From an uncultured Gammaproteobacteria bacterium (GTDB lineage: Bacteria > Patescibacteriota > Microgenomatia > Levybacterales > GWA1-39-11): a stretch of DNA of 64,000 nt. Below, piece by piece: positions 1 through 8,164 of the stretch; within the stretch, counting starts at the first letter, position 1, and each line of letters opens with the position of its first letter. The notes beneath the pieces were generated by a model. That model was not told where the DNA came from. It searched no databases and saw only the letters and a program-made list of their open reading frames with translations. A program made the translations under genes and the position numbers. Where the stretch lies: positions 128,557-192,556 of the forward strand of contig CAYPEN010000003.1 in the NCBI GenBank assembly GCA_964409875.1, written 5' to 3'.

Positions 1-395
1 GGAATGCCCAGTCGGATGCCGCCTCTTACAACGTCACGGTAACCGAGGTAGAGACTAATACAGTGATAAAAAACAACGAGTCAGAAACCGCTTCTACCAC
101 AAAGATTCTTTTTGCCGTAACCCAGGGAAAAACATATAAATGCGATGTGGTAGCGGTAAGCTCTTGTGGTGGGTTGGCCGCGGCAGCTTCGGACCAACTT
201 TTGTGCCAAGCAGATGCAATTATTTCAACACCCACAGCCACACTTGCACCTACTGCTACTGCTACCCCCACAAATCCTCCACTACCAACCGCAACTCCAA
301 CTATTGCAAAACCAGGCGGAGTCGCTCAAACAGTCGCGCTTATTGGTGGGGTTCTTATTGCGATTGTAGGCGGAATAATACTGCTTGCGCTTTAG
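1..395 (+). CDS. 5'-truncated surface protein: Thr/Pro-rich linker with C-terminal hydrophobic anchor
   Basis: The reading frame is open from the window edge, and the track ORF begins at a GTG at position 63. The C-terminus has a PT-rich low-complexity stretch followed by a TM helix (VALIGGVLIAIVGGIILLAL). Confidence 0.35.
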   Translation, partial: NAQSDAASYNVTVTEVETNTVIKNNESETASTTKILFAVTQGKTYKCDVVAVSSCGGLAAAASDQLLCQADAIISTPTATLAPTATATPTNPPLPTATPTIAKPGGVAQTVALIGGVLIAIVGGIILLAL

Positions 396-431
396 TGTCT
401 ACTGTTTTCGTCGCGACGCAATTCACAGAGT

Positions 432-1385
432 ATGGAAGAAGAAAAAGCTGAAAATATATCAGAAGTAGAGGCTACAGGTAACAATACTTTATCCGATGTT
501 AGTCTTCCTTCAAAAGGAGCTACATTTCTGAAAGGGCGGCTATTAATTGGACTTCTTGTTGGTGCAATTGTCTTAATTTTATTACTCTTGCTCGGTCTAA
601 ATATTATAAGTTCAAGGAATAACCCCCAGACAGGCAAAGCGCCTCCCCCTGAGCCTGAGAACGTCCTTTTGGCAACTGTTGGAAGTAAGAAAATTTATAG
701 GAATGATGTAAGAGCGGTAGCCCTCGAACAATATGTCTCTTCAGGTATTAATAGTCAAATCATGAAACTGTCCCTTAACATTGCAGTTGAGCGTGCTATT
801 TTAGACAATGAAGCTGAAACAAAAAAAATTGTTGCCGAAAAAGGTAAAAACAAAATTGAATATTACGATAATCTGAAAAAAGCTATTATGTTGCGTACTG
901 TTGGCACTGTTACGGCTAATACGATTGGTTATTGGGTTCCAGCGTTTCATGACATTTATCCTCAAAAGCCTGAATATCAACAAATGCGTGATTTACAGAA
1001 TAAGATTTTTTCAGATGCAACAGTTTCGTTACAACAAGGAAAAACAACGTACGAAATTGGAAAATCTATTCTTGAAAATTACCCTGTTTACAAAGACCAG
1101 TTATCAGTAAATAGCTATAGAATAGCAAAAACAGACGATATTACACTTATGCAAAAACCTGTCGTTTATCAATACCTAGTTAATGAAAGCAATAAAGCAT
1201 TAGTGGATTTTATATTTTCACTTAAAAAAGGCCAAATAAAAACCTATACCTGGCCCGATGGTGAGGGAGGAGAGCTTGTTCAGATTGTTGACCAAAATGT
1301 TGGACCCAAAACAACATACGAGCAATGGTTAAAGGAAAAAGAGAAACCAGTTATATATGACCAAAAAAATATGTCTTTGCTTTAA
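432..1385 (+). CDS. membrane-anchored hypothetical protein with a possible SurA-N/chaperone-like ectodomain
   Basis: 317-aa ORF with an N-terminal TM helix. No clear catalytic motif. It sits in an apparent surface-protein cluster. Confidence 0.4.
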   Translation: MEEEKAENISEVEATGNNTLSDVSLPSKGATFLKGRLLIGLLVGAIVLILLLLLGLNIISSRNNPQTGKAPPPEPENVLLATVGSKKIYRNDVRAVALEQYVSSGINSQIMKLSLNIAVERAILDNEAETKKIVAEKGKNKIEYYDNLKKAIMLRTVGTVTANTIGYWVPAFHDIYPQKPEYQQMRDLQNKIFSDATVSLQQGKTTYEIGKSILENYPVYKDQLSVNSYRIAKTDDITLMQKPVVYQYLVNESNKALVDFIFSLKKGQIKTYTWPDGEGGELVQIVDQNVGPKTTYEQWLKEKEKPVIYDQKNMSLL

Positions 1386-1388
1386 ATA

Positions 1389-2984
1389 ATGAAAAGTATA
1401 TTGTTATTTGTATTCTCTGCTTTTTTTGTCTTTGTTTTATTGCAATTCAGTGTTCAGAGTGCCCATGCATCTTGCATGACTATAACAGGTTCCGTGTCAC
1501 TAAATTCAGGTCAGTGGCCGCAAGGAGCCGGCGGCTTGCAGCTTGCATGTGCAGGTGACAATCCTCAAGGAAATAGTCATTGTGGGGGATCGTCACAAAC
1601 CGTTATGCCAGGGCAGTCTTTCACTTTCTCAAATTGCAGTTGTCTTGCAGGTCCCTGTTTGAGCATAGCAAATGCATCGGTTCCACCTGGGTGTACTTTT
1701 GAGAGTTCTGTCAATTTTTGTGGTCAAAACGGGGATACGGTACAAGCGCCAATTAAATTAAATTGTCCTGCACCTCCTACGCCATGTGCGGGAGGCGCAG
1801 GATACTGTGGGGATGCAAATGGCAGTTTTGCAACATCCTGTCCCTATGGAGCAGAGCCGACGAGCTGGAACGATACAGGAGACAATTGGTGTGGTTCTTC
1901 AACATACAATCCGAATAATAGCCAAGCGGGGCATTGTTTTACAAAATGCAAACCAGCACCACCTGCAGCTCCTAAATGTGGTGATTCTTGTGCCGGCAAT
2001 CCTAATCTTTGCCAAAATATATCCGGCTGCAATTACTGTAATCCTTCCACAAATAAGTGTGAAGCTCCTCCAGCTTGTGGGGCAAATTGTGCGGGAAATC
2101 CTAATATTTGCCAAAACATTGTTGGCTGCAATTATTGCAATCCTGCAAACAACACATGTGCCGCACCACCTGTCACAAATCCACCGGTTACAAACCCTCC
2201 TGTCACAAATCCTCCGGTAACCAATCCGCCTAACCCAACGGCAACACCGACGACAGCGCCTGTTTGTGGAGCTGATTGTTCCCAAAATCCTAATCTATGC
2301 CAAAATATTTCGGGATGTAATTACTGTAATCCTACAAGCAAGAAGTGTGAAGCCCAGCCATCCCCTACACCAACCTCAACACCAAGCCCGACCCCTCCGC
2401 CATTTGACGAATCGATGTGTAGTTGTGACAGTCTTAATTTTACTCCAATTGTGCTTGGGGTAAAAACGAAAGTAACTGCTTACGGAAAAGTATTGGGAGT
2501 CAACAAAAACTATGCAAAAATTCCGACATTTACCTTTACGTGGTATCAGAGTCCTCCAAATAGTGCCCAAGCAACTATTAAAAAACAGGACAAAGTTAAT
2601 ACAACCATCATAGAAGACACAGCTGAAAAAGTGCGTTATCAGGCCATTTGGGATTTGGATGTACCAGCCAACTTGGATACTACCCAAACATACAGGATTC
2701 AGGCGCACCCCGATTGCTCTCGAAAGGCTGCCTTCTATGCGCCTACCACTACTGTGGCTGGAGCGTCGACAAGCAAACAGCTAAGTTTTTGGGATAGAAT
2801 AGCAAGTTTTTTTGCAGGGATTTTCAATGTCGCTGGAGGTGGTACTCCCCAAGCTGTAGGGCCAACGGCCACTCCTACGTTAACCCCACACGAGAAATCA
2901 TTGCAATTAAAGACCTTCAAGCCGGTGAATGTGTCGACTGGAATTGATGCGAAGAACTGCACATTTATAAAATTTAGCTTCTAG
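1389..2984 (+). CDS. secreted cysteine-rich repeat protein
   Basis: Carries a signal peptide. Contains three copies of a module of about 33 aa, CxxxCAGNPNLCQNISGCNYCNPxxxKCEAPP, plus four PVTNP tandem repeats and a PT-rich linker. Confidence 0.6.
   Translation: MKSILLFVFSAFFVFVLLQFSVQSAHASCMTITGSVSLNSGQWPQGAGGLQLACAGDNPQGNSHCGGSSQTVMPGQSFTFSNCSCLAGPCLSIANASVPPGCTFESSVNFCGQNGDTVQAPIKLNCPAPPTPCAGGAGYCGDANGSFATSCPYGAEPTSWNDTGDNWCGSSTYNPNNSQAGHCFTKCKPAPPAAPKCGDSCAGNPNLCQNISGCNYCNPSTNKCEAPPACGANCAGNPNICQNIVGCNYCNPANNTCAAPPVTNPPVTNPPVTNPPVTNPPNPTATPTTAPVCGADCSQNPNLCQNISGCNYCNPTSKKCEAQPSPTPTSTPSPTPPPFDESMCSCDSLNFTPIVLGVKTKVTAYGKVLGVNKNYAKIPTFTFTWYQSPPNSAQATIKKQDKVNTTIIEDTAEKVRYQAIWDLDVPANLDTTQTYRIQAHPDCSRKAAFYAPTTTVAGASTSKQLSFWDRIASFFAGIFNVAGGGTPQAVGPTATPTLTPHEKSLQLKTFKPVNVSTGIDAKNCTFIKFSF
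1975..2362 (+). repeat. three intragenic repeats of about 99 bp encoding the Cys-rich module
   Basis: The DNA repeats are near-identical ('tgtgccggcaatcctaatctttgccaaaatatatccggctgcaattactgtaatcc' and variants). Confidence 0.6.
2167..2226 (+). repeat. 4 x 15-bp tandem repeat encoding (PVTNP)4
   Basis: cctgtcacaaatcca / ccggttacaaaccct / cctgtcacaaatcct / ccggtaaccaatccg. Confidence 0.6.
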
Positions 2985-3233
2985 CTAAATTTTTGTTACA
3001 CATAAAGTTTTCTTTCTAAAAAATTCTACTAATAACTTAGTCATATCCATTAATGTCTTGCATAAACAATGGTATTCCGATTCCAAGAAAACTTTTACTT
3101 CGTATAAAATTTAGCTTTTAAGGTATCCTCGTTGTTTTTAGACCCCAAAATATAGTAAAATATAGGCTGAAACTGATGCCCGAGGTGCCCTCGTAAATAA
3201 AAATTTGCAAGGGCCATATAATAAAACGAGATT

Positions 3234-3306
3234 GCCCTCGTAGCTCAATGGATAGAGCACATCGGTTCTAACGATTAGGTTGGGGGTTCGAGTCCCTTCG
3301 AGGGCG
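3234..3306 (+). tRNA. tRNA-Arg (anticodon TCT)
   Basis: Folds by hand as a cloverleaf. Acceptor GCCCTCG/CGAGGGC, D arm GCTC-AATGGATA-GAGC, anticodon loop GTTCTAA, T loop TTCGAGT. CCA is not encoded. Confidence 0.7.
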
Positions 3307-3351
3307 CAAAGAAGAATACGAGATAAGTAGAATATAGGTAGCAGTCGAAGA

Positions 3352-3417
3352 GTTCTAACGATTAGGGTGTTCGCTATCGAAGAAAGCGCACCGGGTTCGA
3401 GTCCCTTCGAGGGCGCA
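3352..3417 (+). pseudogene. partial duplicate of the tRNA-Arg 3' half (anticodon loop to 3' end), interrupted by a 24-nt insertion and lacking the 5' half
   Basis: Identical blocks GTTCTAACGATTAGG and GGGTTCGAGTCCCTTCGAGGGCGCA. There is no complementary 5' acceptor strand, and the anticodon stem cannot pair. Confidence 0.6.
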
Positions 3418-3488
3418 AGAAATTGATTAGGTGGATGTAAGCCAAATTAAAATTTGTCTTGCATGCCACCAAAAAAATTTCATTTTTT

Positions 3489-3561
3489 GGTGGATGTAGC
3501 TCAACAGTAGAGCGCAGGTTTGTGGAACCTGAGGTCGCGGGGGCGGCACCCGTCTTCCACC
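3489..3561 (+). tRNA. tRNA-His-like (anticodon GTG) with G-1/C73 and a non-canonical T-loop
   Basis: Cloverleaf with anticodon loop TTGTGGA, an extra 5' G opposite the C discriminator (the bacterial His identity element), and a normal D arm. The T loop is GGCGGCA rather than TTCRANY, and the acceptor stem has one T·T mismatch. Confidence 0.5.
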
Positions 3562-3564
3562 CAT

Positions 3565-4101
3565 ATGATACGTTTTGAAACACAACTATTCAAAATAGGT
3601 GAGTGGACAATTCTCCATCTTCCTCCTGAAGAAAGCGCAAAGCTTCCGACAAGAAGCATGTTGATGGTTGCAGGCACTCTTAATGATATTCCATTCAAAA
3701 CCTTACTTGAGCCTGATGGGGTGTATGGAAGTGGAAAAAAACCAAGTCATTGGTTCAGGCCTTCTGAAAAATTACTCCAAGAGGCGCATGCGAAAGTTGG
3801 AAACACAGTGAAAGTAGAACTTGAACCAACAAAAGAGTGGGTTGAGCCGGAAATACCACAGGATGTGGAGAAAGCTCTTGGAACATCTTCAAAAGCGAGA
3901 GACATCTGGGACGACATAACTCCCTCCGCGCGATGGGATTGGATACGGTGGGTGAGAGCAGTCAAGACCGAAGAAACCCGAAAAAAGCATTTGGACGTTA
4001 TGCTTGATAAGCTCAACAAGGGGATGAGACGGCCATGTTGTTTTAACCGAAACATGTGCAGTGTACCAGAAGTTTCAAACAACTGGGCGCTAATGGTGTA
4101 G
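3565..4101 (+). CDS. YdeI/OmpD-associated family protein (DUF1905-like)
   Basis: C-terminal motif WIRWVRAVKTEETRKKHLDVMLDKL is typical of YdeI-like proteins. Start chosen at the first Met after the tRNA. Confidence 0.5.
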   Translation: MIRFETQLFKIGEWTILHLPPEESAKLPTRSMLMVAGTLNDIPFKTLLEPDGVYGSGKKPSHWFRPSEKLLQEAHAKVGNTVKVELEPTKEWVEPEIPQDVEKALGTSSKARDIWDDITPSARWDWIRWVRAVKTEETRKKHLDVMLDKLNKGMRRPCCFNRNMCSVPEVSNNWALMV

Positions 4102-4114
4102 CCCCAATCATAAC

Positions 4115-5038
4115 TTAGGTCATTTTGCCCTTCTCGATAGAGTGGTGGCCGAACATATTTCTCATGCCCGTTAAAAGCTTGCCCGTGTAGTTGGGCTTTT
4201 TTTGGGATTTAACCCTGAATTCAAAGCTTTTTTCGATGATTTCAGCAGGAACCTTGAATTCTTTTGCAGTTTTTGCAGTCCATTCTCCCTCGCCGGTGTA
4301 CCCGACCGAGCCTGAAACATCTTCTAAGTCCTGCCCATATGCTTTTAACGCGTCTTGAAGCCATCCCACGAGCCTGCTTGTCACAACGCTTCCATGCTGG
4401 TAAATTTCGGCTACATCTATAAGATTCAAATTGAAAGGAGACTTCTTCATGATTTCAAAACCCTCGGCTATTGATTGCATCATGCCGTATTCGATGCCAT
4501 TATGGACCATTTTTACAAAGTGTCCTGCTCCAATCCCCTCAAAATGCATGTACCCATCAGGAATCGAAACGTCCTTAAACAAAGGTTCTATGTATTCAAA
4601 AGTCTTTTTGTCTCCTCCCACCATGCAGCATGCCCCTTTTCGGGCTCCCCCCGGGCCTCCCGAAATACCGGCGTCGACAAATTTAATGCCTTTTTTGGCA
4701 AGTTTTTTGCCTCGTTCAACTGCCAATTTATAATAGGAGTTGCCACCGTCAATTACTATGTCATCCTTCTCCAGAAGGTCTTGCAGGCCACCTTTCCCAA
4801 AAAGCACCTCGTCATTGGCACCATCTGCTGTCAGCATAAGAACAATAACTCTAGGCTTTGGAAGAAGCGCAGCGAGTTCTTTGTATGAATACGCCCCGGT
4901 AAGCCCAACTTTTTCAAGCTCCCGGGTGACTGCCTCGGTACGGTTGTAGCCTACAACTTTCCATTTGTGGTCTAGAAGGTTTTGAGCAAGACCACCGCCC
5001 ATTCTGCCAAGTCCAATTATTCCTGCAATTTTTTTCAT
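4115..5038 (-). CDS. gnd: 6-phosphogluconate dehydrogenase (decarboxylating), short NAD-type
   Basis: N-terminal GLGRMGGGLA Rossmann motif. Overall similarity to the YqeC/Gnd short form. ATGA overlap with zwf. Confidence 0.8.
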   Translation of the reverse strand: MKKIAGIIGLGRMGGGLAQNLLDHKWKVVGYNRTEAVTRELEKVGLTGAYSYKELAALLPKPRVIVLMLTADGANDEVLFGKGGLQDLLEKDDIVIDGGNSYYKLAVERGKKLAKKGIKFVDAGISGGPGGARKGACCMVGGDKKTFEYIEPLFKDVSIPDGYMHFEGIGAGHFVKMVHNGIEYGMMQSIAEGFEIMKKSPFNLNLIDVAEIYQHGSVVTSRLVGWLQDALKAYGQDLEDVSGSVGYTGEGEWTAKTAKEFKVPAEIIEKSFEFRVKSQKKPNYTGKLLTGMRNMFGHHSIEKGKMT

Positions 5039-6489
5039 ATATTATTTTTTGTCATTTTATCAGCCATTGTTATCGCCTGTCTAGTATCGGGAGCATACTC
5101 AGTTAAGGGGACAATATTTTCATTCCACGCTTCAATAATCGGGTCTATGTATTTCCAACATGCTTGAATTTCGGGAGTTGAGAGGAACAGCAATTGATTT
5201 CCCGATATGCAATCAAGAAGTAATTTTTCGTATTCTTCAACGTACTGTACTCGCTCGTTTACCCTTCGATAAACGAAATTAAGCTTTCTATGAGAATAGT
5301 TATTATCAAGTCCAGGTCTCTTTGAACGGAATTCAATCGTAATTCCTTCCTTGGGTTCAAGTGAAAAAATAATTCGGTTCTTAAAATGAGGGGTTCCGGG
5401 AGGACAGAAACAAGGAGAAGGATGCTTAAGGATTACTTCAATTTCTTTTCTGAGAGGCAACCTTTTTCCTGCTTCCATCATAATTTCTACACCGCTCCAA
5501 CGCGCAGAAGCTAGCCTTGCCTTGACTCTAAAAAAAGTTTCCTTTTTAGAATGAGGGTCAACACCCGATATATTTTTGTATCCCTTGTATTGAGCCCTAA
5601 AAGTTCCGTTTTTAATTTCCTCATGGCTTAAAATTTCAAGCTGGGATAGAAGGTCTGCGCGTGCCCTCCGTATATCTTCTGCTCCCAAGCTTTTCGGCCT
5701 GTCCATGGTTACTAAGGCCAACATTTGAAGCAGGTGATTCTGCCCAACATCCCTCAAAGCCCCGACACTATCGTAGAATGCTCCTCTTCCTTCCGCACCA
5801 ATTGTTTCCCATGTGCGGATATTAATCTTAGAGATAAACCCGTTGTTCCATTCATTTTCAAACAAATTATTCGAAAACCGAAATGTCATAATGTTTTGAA
5901 GCATCTCCTTTGCTAAATAATGGTCAATGCGGTATATCTGCTCTTCTTTGAAGAGAGTTGCCAGAAATACATCCAAATCTTCGGCTGTTTTATAATCATG
6001 ACCAAAAGGCTTTTCAACGATTACCCTCGTCCAGCCTTCATCGGGACCGCAAGGAATGGTAAGGCCGGAAGAGGCTAGATGCTCACAAATTCTTTTGTAA
6101 TATTGAGGCGGTACGGCAAGGTAGAATAGCTTATTTGAACAGACGTTCCATTGACCATCAATTATTCCCATCCGTTCTGCTAAGCTTTTGTAGGAGGACA
6201 TGTCCTCGAAATCCCCTCTGTGATACAAGAAAAAAGTCAAGAACTTTTGAATTTGTTCATTTGTCATTTTCTCTTTGGAATGTTTTATCAAAAGTTGGTG
6301 GATGTAGTCGATGAATTGTTCATCCGTTAATTCGCGGCGAGACACCCCAATAATTTTGAAAAGATGGGGAAATTTGCCTTTCTTGTAGAGGTGGAATAGG
6401 GCGGGTACAATCTTTTTCCCCATTAAATCACCTGTTGCTCCGTAGATGATAAATACAGTGGGGATATTGCGAGTTTGTAAATTTTCCAT
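5035..6489 (-). CDS. zwf: glucose-6-phosphate 1-dehydrogenase
   Basis: FIIYGATGDL NADP-binding motif and the RIDHYLAKE signature. Confidence 0.85.
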   Translation of the reverse strand: MENLQTRNIPTVFIIYGATGDLMGKKIVPALFHLYKKGKFPHLFKIIGVSRRELTDEQFIDYIHQLLIKHSKEKMTNEQIQKFLTFFLYHRGDFEDMSSYKSLAERMGIIDGQWNVCSNKLFYLAVPPQYYKRICEHLASSGLTIPCGPDEGWTRVIVEKPFGHDYKTAEDLDVFLATLFKEEQIYRIDHYLAKEMLQNIMTFRFSNNLFENEWNNGFISKINIRTWETIGAEGRGAFYDSVGALRDVGQNHLLQMLALVTMDRPKSLGAEDIRRARADLLSQLEILSHEEIKNGTFRAQYKGYKNISGVDPHSKKETFFRVKARLASARWSGVEIMMEAGKRLPLRKEIEVILKHPSPCFCPPGTPHFKNRIIFSLEPKEGITIEFRSKRPGLDNNYSHRKLNFVYRRVNERVQYVEEYEKLLLDCISGNQLLFLSTPEIQACWKYIDPIIEAWNENIVPLTEYAPDTRQAITMADKMTKNNI

Positions 6490-6669
6490 CTAGCCTATTG
6501 TAGTCAAACAAACTCACCATTACAAGAAGGTACTAATTGGTGGGGGGGGAGATGTACTTATATTAGGAGTTAGATTTCTTGAGCGGGATAGCGTTTTCTT
6601 GCAACGTATTGTTGTAAGAACCCCTCGCTTTTGCTCGGAACCTTGTCCCTCTCAAAATCTGCGATTTTG

Positions 6670-6740
6670 AGCGGGATACGAGAATCGAACTCGTTACCTC
6701 AGATTGGAAATCTGATGTTTTACCGGTAAACTAATCCCGC
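6670..6740 (-). tRNA. tRNA-Gly (anticodon TCC)
   Basis: The reverse complement folds with acceptor GCGGGAT/ATCCCGC, anticodon loop TTTCCAA, T arm ACGAG-TTCGATT-CTCGT and discriminator T. No CCA. Confidence 0.7.
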
Positions 6741-6975
6741 TAGTATTTAATTTTAAGATAGTTATAAAGAACTATTCTAAAATTAAATGTTAATGAATTA
6801 GTTTGCCGGCAAGCTTTGCTTCCCGGTAAACTAATCATAAAATGATTTTCATTGGGATTCGTGTGCCGGCAAAATTTTTTTACCGGTAAGCGGAGCTTGG
6901 TTTTTGCTACGCTCAAACTAAACTAATCCTTGCAAATATTAGGTTTAAGTTCAGTACAAACTAATCCCGCGAATA
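6741..6975. repeat. AT-rich spacer carrying degenerate copies of the tRNA-Gly 5' end and GCCGGCAA/ACCGGTAA palindromic repeats
   Basis: ccggtaaactaatc recurs at 6824-6837, aaactaatcc at 6918-6927 and caaactaatcccgc at 6958-6971. tttgccggcaagctttgcttcccggtaaac and tgccggcaaaattttttt accggtaagcggagcttgg are also present. Confidence 0.4.
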
Positions 6976-7119
6976 GAGGTATTATATCAAAGCAAAAAAA
7001 TCTAAACAACATGTTTAGTAGAAATAATACCTCTATCTATTGCACACCTTATCTCCCGAAGAAGACCATTTTTGAACTTCAGGCAGTAAAAAGATATCAA
7101 TAATTTCTGCGGGCAGTAA

Positions 7120-7338
7120 TTATTTCTTCTTTGAACCCATCAATTCATTCCATAGGAGCCAAAGACCTGAAAGTCCGACAAGAATGTAGACGAGATTTTC
7201 AAGACCTGGCCAGCTACCGAGGATAAGTTTGACGACGTTCCAATTAGTGTTGCCCATGGCATTTCCCAAACCGACAAGAAGCCAGTTAAGGGCACCAATA
7301 ATGGCTAACCACCATGCAATCATAGGAAGTTTCTTCAT
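7120..7338 (-). CDS. DUF378 family small membrane protein
   Basis: 72 aa with the GALNWLLVGL motif characteristic of DUF378 (YuiB-like). Confidence 0.6.
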   Translation of the reverse strand: MKKLPMIAWWLAIIGALNWLLVGLGNAMGNTNWNVVKLILGSWPGLENLVYILVGLSGLWLLWNELMGSKKK

Positions 7339-7484
7339 ATTTAGTTCACCTCCTTTCTTGCTATCAACTTCAAGTGTATCTACTTTTTTGAAACTATGTC
7401 AAGAGGGTGAATTATATAAGACCGTGTCGTGAATTAAAAAAGAGAGTATTTGCAATCCAAAACAGAATAGATAAAACTACACAA

Positions 7485-7589
7485 CCGAACAACGAAGTTG
7501 TTAGTCGGGGTGAAAGGACTTGTTCTGCTTGCAGTGCGTAGCACAATTCGGCCGAACAACGAAGTTGTTAGTCGGGGTGAAAGGACTTG
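7485..7589. repeat. perfect 38-bp direct repeat (7485-7522 and 7552-7589) duplicating the last 18 nt of tRNA-Pro plus its trailer hairpin
   Basis: ccgaacaacgaagttgttagtcggggtgaaaggacttg occurs twice, 67 bp apart, which is an att-like arrangement. Confidence 0.7.
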
Positions 7590-7644
7590 AACCTTCGGCC
7601 TCACGGTCCCAAACCGCGCGCTCTACCAACTGAGCTACACCCCG
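7572..7644 (-). tRNA. tRNA-Pro (anticodon TGG)
   Basis: The reverse complement folds with C1:G72 (typical of Pro), anticodon loop TTTGGGA, T arm GAAGG-TTCAAGT-CCTTT and discriminator A. No CCA. Confidence 0.75.
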
Positions 7645-7814
7645 CAAAAAAATAGTATTTTTTTGCGGGGAGCCAAGACGAGCCACCACATTTATACTAT
7701 TTTTTATAAAGCGAGGCTTACACCCCGCAATCCATCTATTTTACCTTTGGATGTATTCAAACACAAGCACAACAGCTAATATCTCAGACTAGTACACAAT
7801 GTATCAATATTTTA

Positions 7815-7955
7815 AATTAGGTTCAAATAGTACTTGACAAAATGACTTTGAACGTGCATATTAGTAAGGTACGCTCAAGAGCATTAAATTTGAACCTAAT
7901 TAAGTTCAAATTTTAACTTTTTGAATGTATTTCAGTTTAAAAAAATTAAATTGAA
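7815..7955 (+). promoter_or_regulatory. array of GTTCAAAT/ATTTGAAC half-sites around a putative promoter upstream of a small ORF
   Basis: AATTAGGTTCAAAT (7815-7828) is the exact inverted repeat of ATTTGAACCTAATT (7886-7899). The palindrome AAATTTGAAC-N8-GTTCAAATTT and a further AAATTGAAC are present. TTGACA lies at about 7837. Confidence 0.35.
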
Positions 7956-7987
7956 CTATCCTAGACGTAAAGGAGGTGACTTAAAAA

Positions 7988-8164
7988 ATGAAAATGCAAT
8001 TTTACGATGTTAAAACAAGAAGCAAAATCGAGGCTGAAGTTACCGAAAAAACCACATACCAAGTTAAAGGACAGACAAAATACGCTGTAAAGGGAAAAAC
8101 CTCTGACGGAAGAAATCTGACCCGATTTGTTTCAAAAGACGCATACGATTCAGTATCTGTATAA
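7988..8164 (+). CDS. small hypothetical protein (58 aa, Lys-rich, no Cys)
   Basis: Not in the ORF track because it is under 60 aa. A strong RBS AAAGGAGGTGA lies 7 nt upstream of the ATG. Sequence: MKMQFYDVKTRSKIEAEVTEKTTYQVKGQTKYAVKGKTSDGRNLTRFVSKDAYDSVSV. Confidence 0.45.
   Translation: MKMQFYDVKTRSKIEAEVTEKTTYQVKGQTKYAVKGKTSDGRNLTRFVSKDAYDSVSV

Noticed and set aside
26-451. Track ORFs 26-271(-), 140-451(+) and 166-369(+), overlapping the left-edge surface-protein gene
   Set aside because: They are alternative frames or antisense of a low-complexity PT-rich coding region and have no independent signals.
1786-2708. Antisense and alternate-frame ORFs within the Cys-rich protein gene (1786-2220, 1844-2032, 1899-2285, 2376-2708)
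   Set aside because: They are generated by the repetitive, codon-biased sequence of the sense gene.
3352-3417. A second functional tRNA (long-variable-arm type) downstream of tRNA-Arg
   Set aside because: There is no 5' acceptor strand complementary to CGAGGGC and the anticodon stem cannot pair. Called a 3'-half duplicate instead.
3374-3698. ORFs 3374-3583(-) and 3501-3698(-)
   Set aside because: They overlap the tRNA-Arg fragment and tRNA-His gene and the start of the YdeI-like CDS on the opposite strand. Spurious.
7485-7644. An integrated prophage or ICE delimited by the tRNA-Pro direct repeats. The same idea was considered at the tRNA-Arg and tRNA-Gly loci.
   Set aside because: The repeat copies are only 29-300 bp apart, with no integrase or cargo between them. 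They are interpreted as scars or att-like remnants rather than a resident element.
7501-7689. ORF 7501-7689(-), 62 aa
   Set aside because: It lies entirely over tRNA-Pro and its direct repeat.
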